Source of the DNA: Octopus sinensis | Taxonomy: Eukaryota | Direction of reading: 5' to 3' | Length of the DNA: 64,000 bases | Assembly (NCBI RefSeq): GCF_006345805.1 | Contig: NC_043002.1 | Location: 50,592,001 to 50,656,000, forward strand | Notes under the pieces: model-generated | Databases searched by the model: none | What the model was told of the DNA's origin: nothing | What the model saw: only the letters and a program-made list of their open reading frames with translations | In this document: one piece after another, positions 24,340-36,671 of the stretch | Layout: every line of letters begins with the position of its first letter | Numbering within the stretch: position 1 is the first letter of the stretch | Program-made: the position numbers and the translations under genes

Positions 24340-26640
24340 TTTAAGAATTATTTCTTTTATTTGCTGTGTCTGGTGATTGAACCTACAAATTTGATGAGAG
24401 AGGGGAGAGACGTGAACGATTGAGCCTAGCCTGATATCTGGTGCTGAGGCTATTACAGTAGCGATAGAAACGATATAAACAAGAGACAGTGCACCTGTAG
24501 GCCAGAGGGACGAATGGCCCTTTTCTGGTTGTAGTTTAGTGGGTCTGTGTGGCCAGTAACAGTAGCAGCAACGTCGGAAATATTTGAGCAATACTTATCT
24601 GAGCTTTAAGTATCAATTGCCAGGGGTTGAATCTTCTGAACCTGAAGAAGAACCAATCACTGGGATGCGGTCCTAGCGATGTTTAGGATACTTATCACAG
24701 AAGGATGTTTTGAGGTGTAGTGCGATCCCCCAAATGGATTGCTTTTAAGCAGTCTAATATCTCATGACTAGATGTGCGTTACAATGACGTTTTTTTAAAT
24801 ATGAGTTGTGGTTGTATTATTTTATCTTTTGCTAATTAAAGAAACGAGATTGGTGTGTTTACATTGGAATGTGTTTTTGAGGCCTTTGTTCCGAAAGTCT
24901 GTGCTGATTTGACGTGTATAATGCTTTGGTGATGAATATTAGTGGGGAATGAATAGTAGTATCACCTCGTAAGAGTGGGTATTGTAGAGTGTAGCAGTAA
25001 GTCATTGATAATACAGAAAGAATAGGGTATAGGACAAACCGAAACCCGAGGTACGTTCAAGTTGATGGAACGAGAAACAGCTATAGTACTATCCAAGAGA
25101 CGAGTGGTTAGGGGAGCCCAAAGTCAGCAAATTTCTATAGGAAATTTATTTGCCAAAAACGGTCGAACGTTTTGTTAATGTCGAGGACGGCAACTTTACT
25201 TTCATCAAAACCTTCCAAAGTAAAAAGTTCACTGAAAGGGATGGAGACCATCAGTGGATCTAGCTTTGCAGAGACTACACTTGTGGTTTTTGAGGACAGA
25301 CTAATACAAGATTTTGGAGGACATTGTTGTTAATGGTTTCTTCATTACCTTAAATATATTAGAGGTGAGTGCATCAGGCTGATAGTTGTTCAAATTAGAG
25401 AAGTTACCTTTCTTGAGAGTAGGACTCGCTGTAGCGGATTTCCAAATATCAGGGTATATCTCTGAAATGAGGGATAAATTGAAGAGTTCGGTGCGTATAT
25501 GAGCTAGGTAGAGCTCTCGGAGTACGTTTCAGGGTTCGGTGGCCTTGCTGCTTTGAAGTGATTGACGGAATTTTCGTACTTTGTATGTGTGCATGTATGT
25601 TGATGGTACTCGCATGATCGAGGAGGATACAAATAAAAGATATTTGTGAAGTGTGTGCTATGTAGAAAACGGGCAACGAAAACAACTCAAGTGTAAATGA
25701 ATCACTTGAAGGTTTTGTGTTGTGTGTTGTGTATATAGAGGAACATGAACTGTTTTTGATGGATCGGGATTAACTGGCGGAGATCTAGCCTGTTAGTTGT
25801 CCAGAAATTTCATCGGGTGTGGAGGGCGATTGTCTGGTGTGTGAACTTTTCTCGTGGTTGCGATGAAACAGTGGTTGGATGACGTTGTAGTTGTGCGTTT
25901 GGAATGTGTGTAGGAGATGAAACAAGTTGATGAAATGAGCTGGGAACTACAAAACACTTAGCTTCTGTACTAGTGGGCATCAGTGTAGGATAAATGAGAG
26001 ATATATAAGTCGTCGTGAGTGCTGTAGTCACTGAGGACGATGAATTCGGAGAGAGGGGGAAGAAAGATATTTGTTATCAATGCAGGTAGAAGAGATACTG
26101 GACAGAAGGCGCATAGGTGTTTGGAGAATGGAAAAATTGGTGCAGAGTTGCTAATGGTAATTATTGCTGATATCAGAGAAAGAAAGAAAGTGAGAGAGAG
26201 AGAGAGAGAGAGAGAGGAGAGGAGAGGAGAGAAGAGGGAGAGAGAGAGAGAGAGAGGAGAGAAGAGAGAGAGAAAGAGTGAGAGACGTGAGTGCTAGTAC
26301 AGTTAGAACAGATTATGAAATTTGGACAGCTGAGATGGTTTGGAGATAGAGATTGAGAGATGGTGTCTCAGATACGAATAGGATGTGTGGTTTGTTTGTG
26401 AATAAGGAATGGCGACTGGGATTTAAATTGGAACGAATTTCATAGATATTAGCGAAGAAGAAGGAAAATTGTCCAGAGGGTTTAGTTCTGGTCTTTGGCA
26501 TTTTGAGGAGTAGAGGATGGTGTTGCAGGGGATGTAATGGCAACACACCTGCCGGAAACCTGCATCGAATGCTTTCAAGAGAGTGAAATCCACTAAAGGC
26601 GCTCAAGGGTCCTAGCTGAAAGTTCACAGCATGTTTCCTC
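24340..26640 (-). mobile_element. Decayed CR1/Jockey-group LINE (APE endonuclease + RT), interrupted by a (GA)n tract
   Basis: Minus strand: FFFANIYEIRSNLN..KPHILFVSET (APE start); EFIVLSDY; HQLVSSPTHIP; ELFNLSLISEIYPDIWKSA..KKGNFSNLNNYQP; VAVLDINKTFDRFW; NVPRVS..INDLL; KAQI. Many stops and frameshifts. Confidence 0.85.
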
Positions 26641-27988
26641 GTTGAACAATTAAATGTTTCGTTAACTATTCACCTCGTCATTCATACATACCTGTTGTTG
26701 CCCTTGCCTTTTTAGTTACTGGTATTGAGAGGCTCAGAAAAGCTTATAACTGAAACCAGAAGATTATTATATGTGATTTTATATTTCAACGGGAATATTC
26801 CAGAAAGACAGTTTGTTTATTTTGTTACTAAATTCACTGTCTTTTCTTTTACGAAAATTCAGGGGTTGTATGTTAGGATCAATAACAAGAGACAAGTATA
26901 TCTATAATACCTTTGTTGGCGAATTAAAGGTTTATATTGGCAGAGAAAGATTGCCAGCTGATTCACAGATCGAATATGTTCAGACTGTTGAACATGGTAA
27001 AAATACAAAACTTTCAGATCAATGGTGTATTTAACTGCTTTGCTCCGCATAATGATTGATGCACGTGTCAAGATATGTACATAATATATCATACATATAT
27101 TTGTACAGATGTATGTGCAAAAAGATGAAGAGTGGCAAATTTGATACAAGACTTTAAAAAAATTACATTCTTGGAACTTTTCTCTTACACTAAGATATCC
27201 CACAATACATTTGTAGTACTAATACTGATACGATATTTGACAGAATTATAGAAGAAATCCATTCTATAGACATCCAAACCTGCAATATCCAGACAAGAAT
27301 CAAGACGTTCCCCAGAAGCTATGATATTGAACGGTTCTATCTTAGAAACACCCTTAAGAAATGTCCTTTTGACCAAGACAGAAGTGCAGTTTTCGAAATT
27401 TTAGAATATTCCCAATATTTAGAAAAGTGGAATTTCTTCATAATTCCGAAATCATGTAACCCGATGTAGCCATTCCATGAGGGATACCTATATATACATA
27501 TATATATATATATTTTTATTTTATAGAAGGAGCTTCTACAGGACTAGAACTGTTTTATTCAAATTAAATCATCAAGAAGCTTGCTGTCAAAATAAGTTCT
27601 GGCATTTATACATTTAGGCAGATTTAATGGGGTGGTGGTGGGGGACATTTTTTGGGTAAGCAGGGCACAAACTGTCTTTCTTAGGGGAGTGGTCAAAAGA
27701 ATCAGTGATAAATAAAAATAAATAGAATAATTAAATAATTTAATAGAGTTTTAGGTAAATTAGAAGACTATCGCTTTTAGTAAGTTTGTTGTTGTTGTTA
27801 TTAAGTAGAGGGAAGAAATAGATAAGTATACATAAAAGAACATATAAAATAAATATACATACAAACCCACATACATACACATACGAATATCCATACACAT
27901 ACATATACATATGCCCATGTATATACATACAGACACACACATACATACATATAAATACACTAGCACATACATATATATACACATATAT

Positions 27989-28023
<35 letters not shown>

Positions 28024-28570
28024 CATACACATACATACACATACATACATATACATATATATACATATACATATATATACAAATACACATACACATACAT
28101 GCAAACACGCAGACACACGCACATATATATCTACACATATATATATATAAATATACACACCCATACACACACACATATATATATATTTTTTTTCTTCTCT
28201 CCTCATCTTCCTCCCTTATTTTATCTTTATTTTTACTTTCCCTTGACCGTCTTCAAAATCATAAAAGGTATAATATATGAGCTACCTACCCGCCGATACA
28301 CATTTAGTGGCGCTAGAGTAGACAAACGCCAAAAGTTCCTAGAACTCCCCAGGGTTCCAGCAGGCCTAAATGAAATCTATCTACCGCTCCCCTCTCCCTT
28401 CCTTTCTATCTCTTTACCCACAGATACAAACGCAAATACTCACACACACACAAGGAAGGGAGAGGGGAGCGGTAGATGGATTTCATTTAGCCTGGACAAA
28501 TGTACTCTATTATAGTCCATGGCCTACCAAATCCTTGAGAGTGGATTTGGTAGACGGAAAATGAAAGCCC

Positions 28571-28649
<79 letters not shown>

Positions 28650-28721
28650 GGGAGAGTTTACGAAAAAAACAAAAGACGAAGACAGGTGGTGTACAAAACA
28701 AACAGATGTATAAGTATATCT

Positions 28722-29118
28722 CTCTTTTACTCTTTTACTTGTTTCAGTCATTTGACTGCGGCCATGCTGGAGCACCGCCTTTAATCGAGCAACTCGACCC
28801 CGGGACCAACTCTTTGTAAGCCCAGTACTTATTCTATCGGTCTCCCTTGCCGAACCGCTAGGTGACAGGGACGTAAACACAGCAGCATCGGTTGTCAAGC
28901 AATGCTAGCGGGATAAACACAGACACACAAACATATACATACACATACATATATATATACGACAGGCTTCTTTCAGTTTCTGCCTACCAAATCCACTCAC
29001 AAGGCTTTGGTTGGCCCGAGGCTATAATAGAAGACACTTGCCCAAGATGCCACGCAGTGGGACTGAACCCGGAACCATGTGGTTGGTTAGCAAGCTACTT
29101 ACCCACAGCCACTCCTGC
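28722..29118 (-). mobile_element. SINE family A, full length, little diverged
   Basis: Head, core and tail complete; carries the GTCGAGTTGCTCGATTAAAGGCGG variant also seen at about 32690 and 62610. Confidence 0.9.
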
Positions 29119-29137
29119 GCCTATGTGTGTATACATA

Positions 29138-29177
<40 letters not shown>

Positions 29178-29549
29178 TTTTTATCCAAGTGGAGGCAATA
29201 GGAGCAACAACCACAGGAACACCACAAAATTCAAAGATAGGCAAAAACATGCAAATCTTATATACTAGTTTATATCAATACAGTCCGACATATTAGAAAT
29301 TTAAAAATTCAGTAATATATAACTATCATATACAAATAAAAATATAAATACAAATATAAATATAAAAATAAATATAAATATAAATATAAATTTTACATAT
29401 AACACGCTTAAAACTCTTAGAATAAGAGGAATAAATATAGTGATAATATAAAAATATAGCATATCAAGACACGAGTAAAATTCCGGCGAATAGTACATAA
29501 AACACAATACACATACAAGCTTACAAAAATATAAGATATACAGAAATCC

Positions 29550-29646
29550 ACCATCTACGGGCCGTTTCGGGGATGTGCCAATCAATACTAGACATATCAG
29601 TACTTGAAATAGTACTTAAAATTGGCACTCCTCTCGTCAGGATGTC
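29550..29646 (-). ncRNA. Type I hammerhead ribozyme with long stem II
   Basis: Minus strand CATC-CTGACGA-GAGGAGTGCCAAT..ATTGGCACATCCCC-GAAA-CGGCCCG-T-A-GATG; intact core, GUA triplet, near-palindromic stem III. Confidence 0.8.
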
Positions 29647-30110
29647 ATATACAACACATATAAAACATGAACAAACACACAAATACATAGTCACATACCG
29701 GCCATTCTCAGAACACGATATTTACCTACTCCCAGAAAAAATTTTACGTCGATCTTGAATGGAACTTTATACGCAAGCCATTCGATACAGTCGCCATAGG
29801 AAATTGTATGCACGCAGCGCCATCTGGCCCGTTTCACTTCAGCACTTAATTTATTTTATTTTATTTTATTCCAATTTTATAAATTCTCCCATACATGCAA
29901 AGCCACATACTCATGTTGGATTCCTCGACTAACAGCTATTTTTTTATATAATCACATTACTTTAGTTTTATCTCGTTTTCCACTCACTATACTTACTAAA
30001 CTTAATTCACTTGTTATTGGTTAGCTGTAACTTTTATTGCTATTCTACTTGTAAATTCCCTACCTATTTTTTAATAATTACATTACTTTAGTTAAATCTC
30101 GTTTACCACT

Positions 30111-32093
30111 TCAACATTCAACATTCCTTTCCTTGAGGTCGTTAATATGTAATGCCAGTGTTATAGAGGTCCTATATTTAGAATTGTTGAAGGAGCTCAG
30201 GTAGGATCGATACCTCTGCTTAAAGTCTACTGTGCTTCCGATATATATTTTTATCTGGCCTCCTTGAGCCTCAACACTACATTTATAAACCACATTTTCC
30301 TGGCGACAATTTCCCCTAATCGGACATTCAGTTGGGTCCCTACAATTGCATTTCTTCAACCTGCTACGGGGTCTCGTATTATTGATAACTCCGAAACCGT
30401 GTGCATTCCTTGTACTAGGATCCACCATATCATCCTCACCATCGTTCGTACTATTTTCCGGTATAATTATTCTATTATTATTCCTACTATTTCCATTCTT
30501 CTTATTTTCAATTGTATTTTCATTTTTACTAATATTTTTATTACCATTTCCACTACTATTAACACCATCAATACCACCCTGATAATCATTATAATCACTA
30601 ATATCATCACCGACATCATTATTATGATTATCTCTACTATTTATATTATTTGTCACCCCAACACGCCTTTCACAATCGATTTCAGAAGACGTACTATTAA
30701 TATTAATACCCTCTTCTATGTCTCTGATGAATTTTCCATTAAAGCTTCTGTCATCATTTCTATTATTATAGCGTCTTATTTTACTTCTGTTCAACGAAGC
30801 AATAATATATCCGACATTGGGAGTGACTGAGTAGGCCAGCTTGATTGTTGACTTGTTACATATTGAATAATACGTATGGTGTTTTGGGAAAATTTTCTTC
30901 AATAACTTAAAAAATAGCTTTGTTAAACCTTTCACCCTTAATGAAAAGGGAGGGGCAAACCAAGTAACTTGACGAATCCTATGCTTAGTATTAATAGTGG
31001 GATTACAATATGTTGCTTGGCTTGATGTACTAAATGTAAGGGCACTTCTGTATCTATTATTAATATTCATATCTCTATTACTACTAGTGTTATTCTTATT
31101 TCTATTACCACCTTCATTAGACCTAAACCTAACTTTACACCTTAATTCACATTTATGATTCATATTATTTGTAACCCCTTCCCTCCCGTTACCGTTATCG
31201 TCCATGGTATTTTCATCCTTACAAATCTCATTATTAGCCTTATTAACGTGGTTACCATTTACAAGACCAACCACATCGCATTCCTTTCTCCTATTTCCAA
31301 AGCTTCTTTTATCAGCACAAATATTGGTCATTATTAGCTTGTTGCTTGCTCCTTGGGAACTATATGGGGAGCCTCTGCCATCCGAAATCCGTTTCATATC
31401 GTCGCTGACCATGCTGGCCAATTTAATTTTTAATTTGGTATTGGGTATGTATTCAATGTCATTTGTGAACCCACTCAATTTCAAGGCATTGTTGTATATT
31501 GGGGCGTGTTGATTAAAGATGTTTTCATTCGCCGATAGGTTTGAAAGTCTGATAGAAATTGCACTTACGATGTTATTGATGGTTGATTTGGGATGATTTG
31601 AGGAAACATTGATATATTGGAAAGTTTGGTTTGGTTTTCGGAAGGGGTAGTGCAAGCTGGTATTCAGGTCGAGAGTGACATCCAGGAAATTTGCCACTTT
31701 AGGATTATTCTCAAAAACGATGCTCAAATTATAAAAGTCCTTAAGAAATTCTCTAAGGTCTGTCTTCATTCTTTCAATTTGTGGATTTGAATGATTAGAG
31801 ACGATGAACATTGCATCATCCCTATAAATCCCTCCGGATAGAGATGGGAAAATTCGCTTAATTTTGTCTATCAGAAATAGACCAACGATATCCGTTACTT
31901 GAGCCGAGTCCGAAGATCCCATAGTGATGTTGAATAAATTAAAAGAGTCCGATTTAAACCAGTGGTGCTTTCCATAATTTATCAGAGTCATTCTTGCTGC
32001 TTGAATAATGTCAATATCTAGATTCGATATTTCAACAAAGTTCCGGGCGAAAATGATTGCTTTGTTCAGTAAGATGGGAAATATCGAGATATA
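30111..32093 (-). CDS. Penelope-like element ORF (partial): RT C-terminal part + linker + GIY-YIG endonuclease, 660 aa
   Basis: TMGSSDSAQV..IYRDD..NFLDVTLDL..NHP (PLE RT motifs); WFAPPFS..IKLAYSVTPN linker; CNCRDPTECPIRGNC..VVYK..YIGST.DFKQRY (GIY-YIG). The first 26 aa of the listed ORF are microsatellite; the true 5' end is truncated; the stop comes before the usual C-terminal part. Confidence 0.9.
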   Translation of the reverse strand, partial: YISIFPILLNKAIIFARNFVEISNLDIDIIQAARMTLINYGKHHWFKSDSFNLFNITMGSSDSAQVTDIVGLFLIDKIKRIFPSLSGGIYRDDAMFIVSNHSNPQIERMKTDLREFLKDFYNLSIVFENNPKVANFLDVTLDLNTSLHYPFRKPNQTFQYINVSSNHPKSTINNIVSAISIRLSNLSANENIFNQHAPIYNNALKLSGFTNDIEYIPNTKLKIKLASMVSDDMKRISDGRGSPYSSQGASNKLIMTNICADKRSFGNRRKECDVVGLVNGNHVNKANNEICKDENTMDDNGNGREGVTNNMNHKCELRCKVRFRSNEGGNRNKNNTSSNRDMNINNRYRSALTFSTSSQATYCNPTINTKHRIRQVTWFAPPFSLRVKGLTKLFFKLLKKIFPKHHTYYSICNKSTIKLAYSVTPNVGYIIASLNRSKIRRYNNRNDDRSFNGKFIRDIEEGININSTSSEIDCERRVGVTNNINSRDNHNNDVGDDISDYNDYQGGIDGVNSSGNGNKNISKNENTIENKKNGNSRNNNRIIIPENSTNDGEDDMVDPSTRNAHGFGVINNTRPRSRLKKCNCRDPTECPIRGNCRQENVVYKCSVEAQGGQIKIYIGSTVDFKQRYRSYLSSFNNSKYRTSITLALHINDLKERNVEC

Positions 32094-32102
32094 CATACAC
32101 AC

Positions 32103-32154
<52 letters not shown>

Positions 32155-32199
32155 GTTGTGTGTTTATGCATAGTGCGCGCGGGTGCGTGTCTTTGTGTT

Positions 32200-32765
32200 T
32201 ACCCCCCACTTACATTTGAGAACAGGTTTTGGTTTGTTCACGTTCCTGTATTTTCTTGTTTTGTCAAGAATAAGTGGCCTATAGAATAAGTACCAGGATA
32301 AAAAAAAATAGAAGTAGTGGTGTCGATTTGTTCGACTAAATCGTTCAAAGTGGTGCTGCAGCGTGACCGTTGTCCAATGACTGAAATAAATAAAAGAGAA
32401 CGAAATCATACAACTGATGTAATGACATATTTATGCGTGGCACCTTGGGCAAGTGTCTTCTACTATAGCCTCGGGCCGACCAAAGGCTTGTGAGTGGATT
32501 TAGTAGACGGAAACTGAAAGAAGCCTGTCGTATATATGTATGTGTGTGTTTGTGTGTCTGTGTTTGTCCCCCTAGCATTGCTTGACAACCGATGCTGGTG
32601 TGTTTATGTCCCCGTCACTTAGCCGTTTGGCTAAAAGAGACCGATAGGATAAGTACTGGGCTTACAAAGAATAAGTCCCGGGCCTGAGTTGCTCGATTAA
32701 AGGCGGTGCTCCAGCATGGCCGCAGTCAAATGACTGAAACAAGTAAAAGAGTAAAGAGTAAGTGC
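32200..32765 (+). mobile_element. SINE family A: a 3' half followed by a near full-length copy
   Basis: Two tails (about 32350-32395 and 32702-32760) and one core (32435-32525). Confidence 0.85.
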
Positions 32766-33204
32766 ACAAGCACACAAACACATAGAAACATACATACATA
32801 CACACATACATACATACATACATACATACATACATACGTGTGTAACACAAACCTAAACACCCCACATATACAAACGCACAGATACCCTTTTACATATGAA
32901 AGATAACACAGACTGACACAAAAGCTGTGTGTGGGCGCAAGACACAAGCTAACATATATGTATCCACACGTATGATCAAAATGAAAATTAATACACCATC
33001 ACATACAAACACAAACACACATATACACACACAAACACAAACATACATATACACACACAAACACAAACATACAGACCCAGACCCACCAACATATGTGAAA
33101 ACACAATCGCAAACGCTTTAATCGAAGTGAATGTGTTTTACACAAAGCTTGATGAAGGTTTGTACATGATGGTGATGGCTTCGTAACGCAACCTTACTGG
33201 CAGC

Positions 33205-33323
<119 letters not shown>

Positions 33324-33492
33324 ATCTCTCTCTCTCTCTATATATATATATACTATAGAGATGTACTTGTATAGCAAGTGACCTGATCTGAGATCGTGTG
33401 CTGAAACAAAAACAATTGCAACGTGGAAGGTGTTTTTAAGCCATTTAAAAACATGCAAAATCCGCTAGAATCACTTCAAAATTAAAATTTAG

Positions 33493-33543
33493 TTTGTCAA
33501 AATATTTTCGTCGATTTGAAACCGCGACCTGTTCACTGACAAA
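33493..33543 (-). ncRNA. Hammerhead-like fold with variant core (GUGAACA)
   Basis: Minus strand TTTGTCA-GTGAACA-G-GTCG..CGAC-GAAA-ATAT-T-T-TGACAAA: 7-bp stem I, 4-bp stem II, palindromic stem III AATATT; core differs from CUGANGA at 2 positions. Confidence 0.35.
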
Positions 33544-33589
33544 ATTCCGTGCTGCAGAATTTTAGTGTATTTCTGCCTATGTATGTATT

Positions 33590-33594
33590 TGAAA

Positions 33595-33639
<45 letters not shown>

Positions 33640-33716
33640 TAGTATATATATATAATATATATATTATATATATGGATATATCTATATATATATGTATATG
33701 TATATATATATATATG

Positions 33717-33783
<67 letters not shown>

Positions 33784-33785
33784 TA

Positions 33786-33823
<38 letters not shown>

Positions 33824-33895
33824 TATGATATATATATATGTATATATATATATTATATATATTATATATATATATATATATAATATAATATATAT

Positions 33896-33935
<40 letters not shown>
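33590..33935. repeat. Long imperfect (TA)n tract
   Basis: Directly visible. Confidence 0.97.
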
Positions 33936-33939
<4 letters not shown>

Positions 33940-34789
33940 GCAATAAAAAGGTAAATAATTTTCCTGTGGTTTTTCATGTAACCAACAATTATTTACCGGT
34001 AAATTTCGGTATTAAATACGACAAAATAATTGTCAAGACCTTTGTAAGGTTCAGTATATAGTAAAGAAAAATAAGGTGGCTAGCAGCAAGCTGTTTCGCC
34101 TCTGAATTCGTATATTTGCCACTCCCGGTTGTTGTGTGTGAGAGCAAGGGCCTTCGTTTTTGGAATCTCCACTTATAGAAATGGAAGAAACGGTCTTTGA
34201 CTGCATTTCTAATTCCTTCGGTATGAGGCGAAACAGCTTGCTGCTAGCCCCAATTATTTTCTTTACTATATACTGAACCTTACAAGGTCTTGACAATTAT
34301 TTTGTCGTATTTACATACCGAAATTTACCGGTAAATAATTGTTGGTTACATGAAAACCACAGGAAAATTATTTACCATTTTTATTGCATTACCATGTGGA
34401 TTCCTCATTCCATTACGATTACCCAGAAGGCGCGCATGGCAGAATTTTGGAGGGAAAATTTACGTTCCCAGTCGTTACTTGGTTTTAACATCTGCGCACT
34501 TCCCCCCACTATCTGATGTCGCTGGGTCAGAAGTGAGGGCTGGTGGCATTGATAAAGCTAACGAATATAACGCTGATGACGGAATTCAAACTCCCCTGTT
34601 TGTGATCCAGAAACACCGTGTTCGCTATTAACGGTAAGTGACTGAATTCGTATATTGCCACTCCGGTTTTGTGTATATGAGCGCAAGGGCCTTCGTTTTT
34701 GGAATCTCCACTTATAGAAATGGAAGAAACGGTCTTTGACTGCCATTTCTAATTCCTTCGGTATGAGGCGAAACAGCTTGCTGCTAGCC
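33936..34789 (+). mobile_element. Non-coding hammerhead element: inverted 5' arm + ~1.3 copies of a 540-nt unit
   Basis: 33936-34102 is the reverse complement of 34225-34391; 34102-34249 is repeated at 34642-34789; hammerhead at 34567-34628. Confidence 0.85.
34567..34628 (+). ncRNA. Type I hammerhead ribozyme, slightly degenerate
   Basis: ATAACG-CTGATGA-CGGA..TCCA-GAAA-CACCGTG-T-T-CGCTAT; stem I 5/6; GGA/TCC stem II with inner CAAAC/GTTTG hairpin. Confidence 0.7.
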
Positions 34790-35309
34790 AACTTATGTGT
34801 GTTTACTTGCACGTTTGTCAATAAATGTGTTTATATAAATCTTCATATTTCTGGGTGTGGTTTCTCACCCTTAAAATGTATTACATTTTTTTTTACATGT
34901 TTGTGGGTTCGAATGTAATCTTTGCTAAGTAAATACTTTCCGAAATAAACATACACTTCACACAAATGGCTTCGAGGATGCTACAGCATGTTACTCAAGC
35001 AATCAGCTTGAGTAACATACTGAAGCAGTGTACTGTTTCTGCTGGAGGAAACAGCTGTAAGCTAATGAAGTAAATAACGTCATTTATATTTCCTTGTCAT
35101 TACATTACATACATATACATACATTACATACATATGCATACATAACACACACACACATATATATACATACACACATGTATATACATACACACATATATAT
35201 AAGTATATCTATAAGTATATATGTATACAAATATATATATACATACTTATATGTATCATAAACTTTTCTCTAAAGATATGTATTTATACACGTATGTATC
35301 ATTGACATA

Positions 35310-35341
<32 letters not shown>

Positions 35342-35468
35342 TCTAACTGTCTAACTGTCTATCTATTTCTTCCTTATATATATATATGATTTTTTGATTT
35401 TGATTTTGATTTTTCCAGTTTCAGCTAATGAGCTGTGGCCATGCTGGGGCACATATATATATATATAT

Positions 35469-35773
35469 CACCGTGGCCGTGACCGACCAGGCTATCAGAT
35501 GTTGCTGCATATCGCTGGTCACAATGCGCTTCGCATTGTTTTAGCCTTCAAATGACGCCACCTCCCGTGCTAAGCGAGCAGGCCAACAGAAGAAAGAGTG
35601 AGAGAAAGTTGTCATGAAAGAGTACAGCAAGTATCGCCCCCACCCCATGCCGGAGCCTTATGGAGCTTTAGGTGTTTTCGCTCAATAAACACTCACAACG
35701 GCCGAACTGGGAATCGAAACCGCGATCCTACAATCGTGAGTCTGCTGCCCTAACCACTGGGCCATTGCGCCTC
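35469..35773 (-). mobile_element. tRNA-derived SINE family B (tail type 2)
   Basis: Head and core nearly identical to 7888-8075; different 3' tail. Confidence 0.88.
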
Positions 35774-35790
35774 CTCACACACACACAACC

Positions 35791-35846
<56 letters not shown>

Positions 35847-36671
35847 CACACATAAATACATACAACATACATGTGTGCACGCGCATGTGTGCGTATGTAT
35901 ATATGTACATATATTTGTATATATTTACATATGTATCAGAAGAGGGGGTGTATTCAATGCGCACCGACTTACAAAATGTAGACACATATCGAGACACAAA
36001 CATGAAACCCACGCACGTCCATATGCATGTGTAACAGGAAACTTCTGAGCAAAAATTTTGTACATAACATATATAACGTTTTATGAATAAATACGATTTC
36101 CGTGAGCGATTGCAATAAAAATTAGATTTGTTTTCCAATTTTTTTTCCGAGTATTATTCCTAGAACTTTTAGAGGATTAATTTCTTCTGTCTATAGCTTA
36201 AGTAATTTTAAGTTATGTATCAAATTTGTTTAGAGAGGAATGAATACTTCTCTGTTCCTCTCTCTCTCTGTTTCTAGATAGACATATGTGTGGGTATGTA
36301 TAAATGTGTATATATGTACATATATATGCATATACATATGCTTATATACACACATACATAGATGCATATATATGTATCATGAATATATATGTATGCATGT
36401 GTGTATGTATCTAAGTAGATGTAGAGAAGAATATGTTTAGAAGGATAATACGTTTCCCCATCATTTCTTCTTCACCATTTCTCCCTCCCATTTATCATTA
36501 AAAATTACATTTAACTGAATATAAATTTAACACTGGCAAACAATCTATAGCCCTATAGACCTATATATGACAAAAGTTTTCACCATTTCCACATTCACAT
36601 CGCAACCACTTGTCTTCCACCCACAAAATGAACTAAAATATAGATAACAACCAGAATGATCAGCATCGCTG

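Larger units (their letters stand above)
29178..32093 (-). mobile_element. 5'-truncated Penelope-like retroelement (Neptune/Nematis-like) with downstream hammerhead-containing region, flanked by (TA)n on both sides
   Basis: RT + GIY-YIG ORF, hammerhead on the same strand, microsatellite flanks; assigning 29178-29550 to the element is inference. Confidence 0.8.

Noticed and set aside
28244-28350. LTVFKIIKG..RRYTFS resembling a CR1/L2 ORF2 C-terminus
   Set aside because: Too short and too diverged to support a call
29715-29815. Plus-strand YTQAIRYSR resembling a PLE RT thumb motif
   Set aside because: A single short motif across frameshifts, with no flanking RT motifs
30264-31512. Plus-strand ORFs overlapping the PLE ORF
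   Set aside because: Antisense shadows of the Asn-rich low-complexity coding strand
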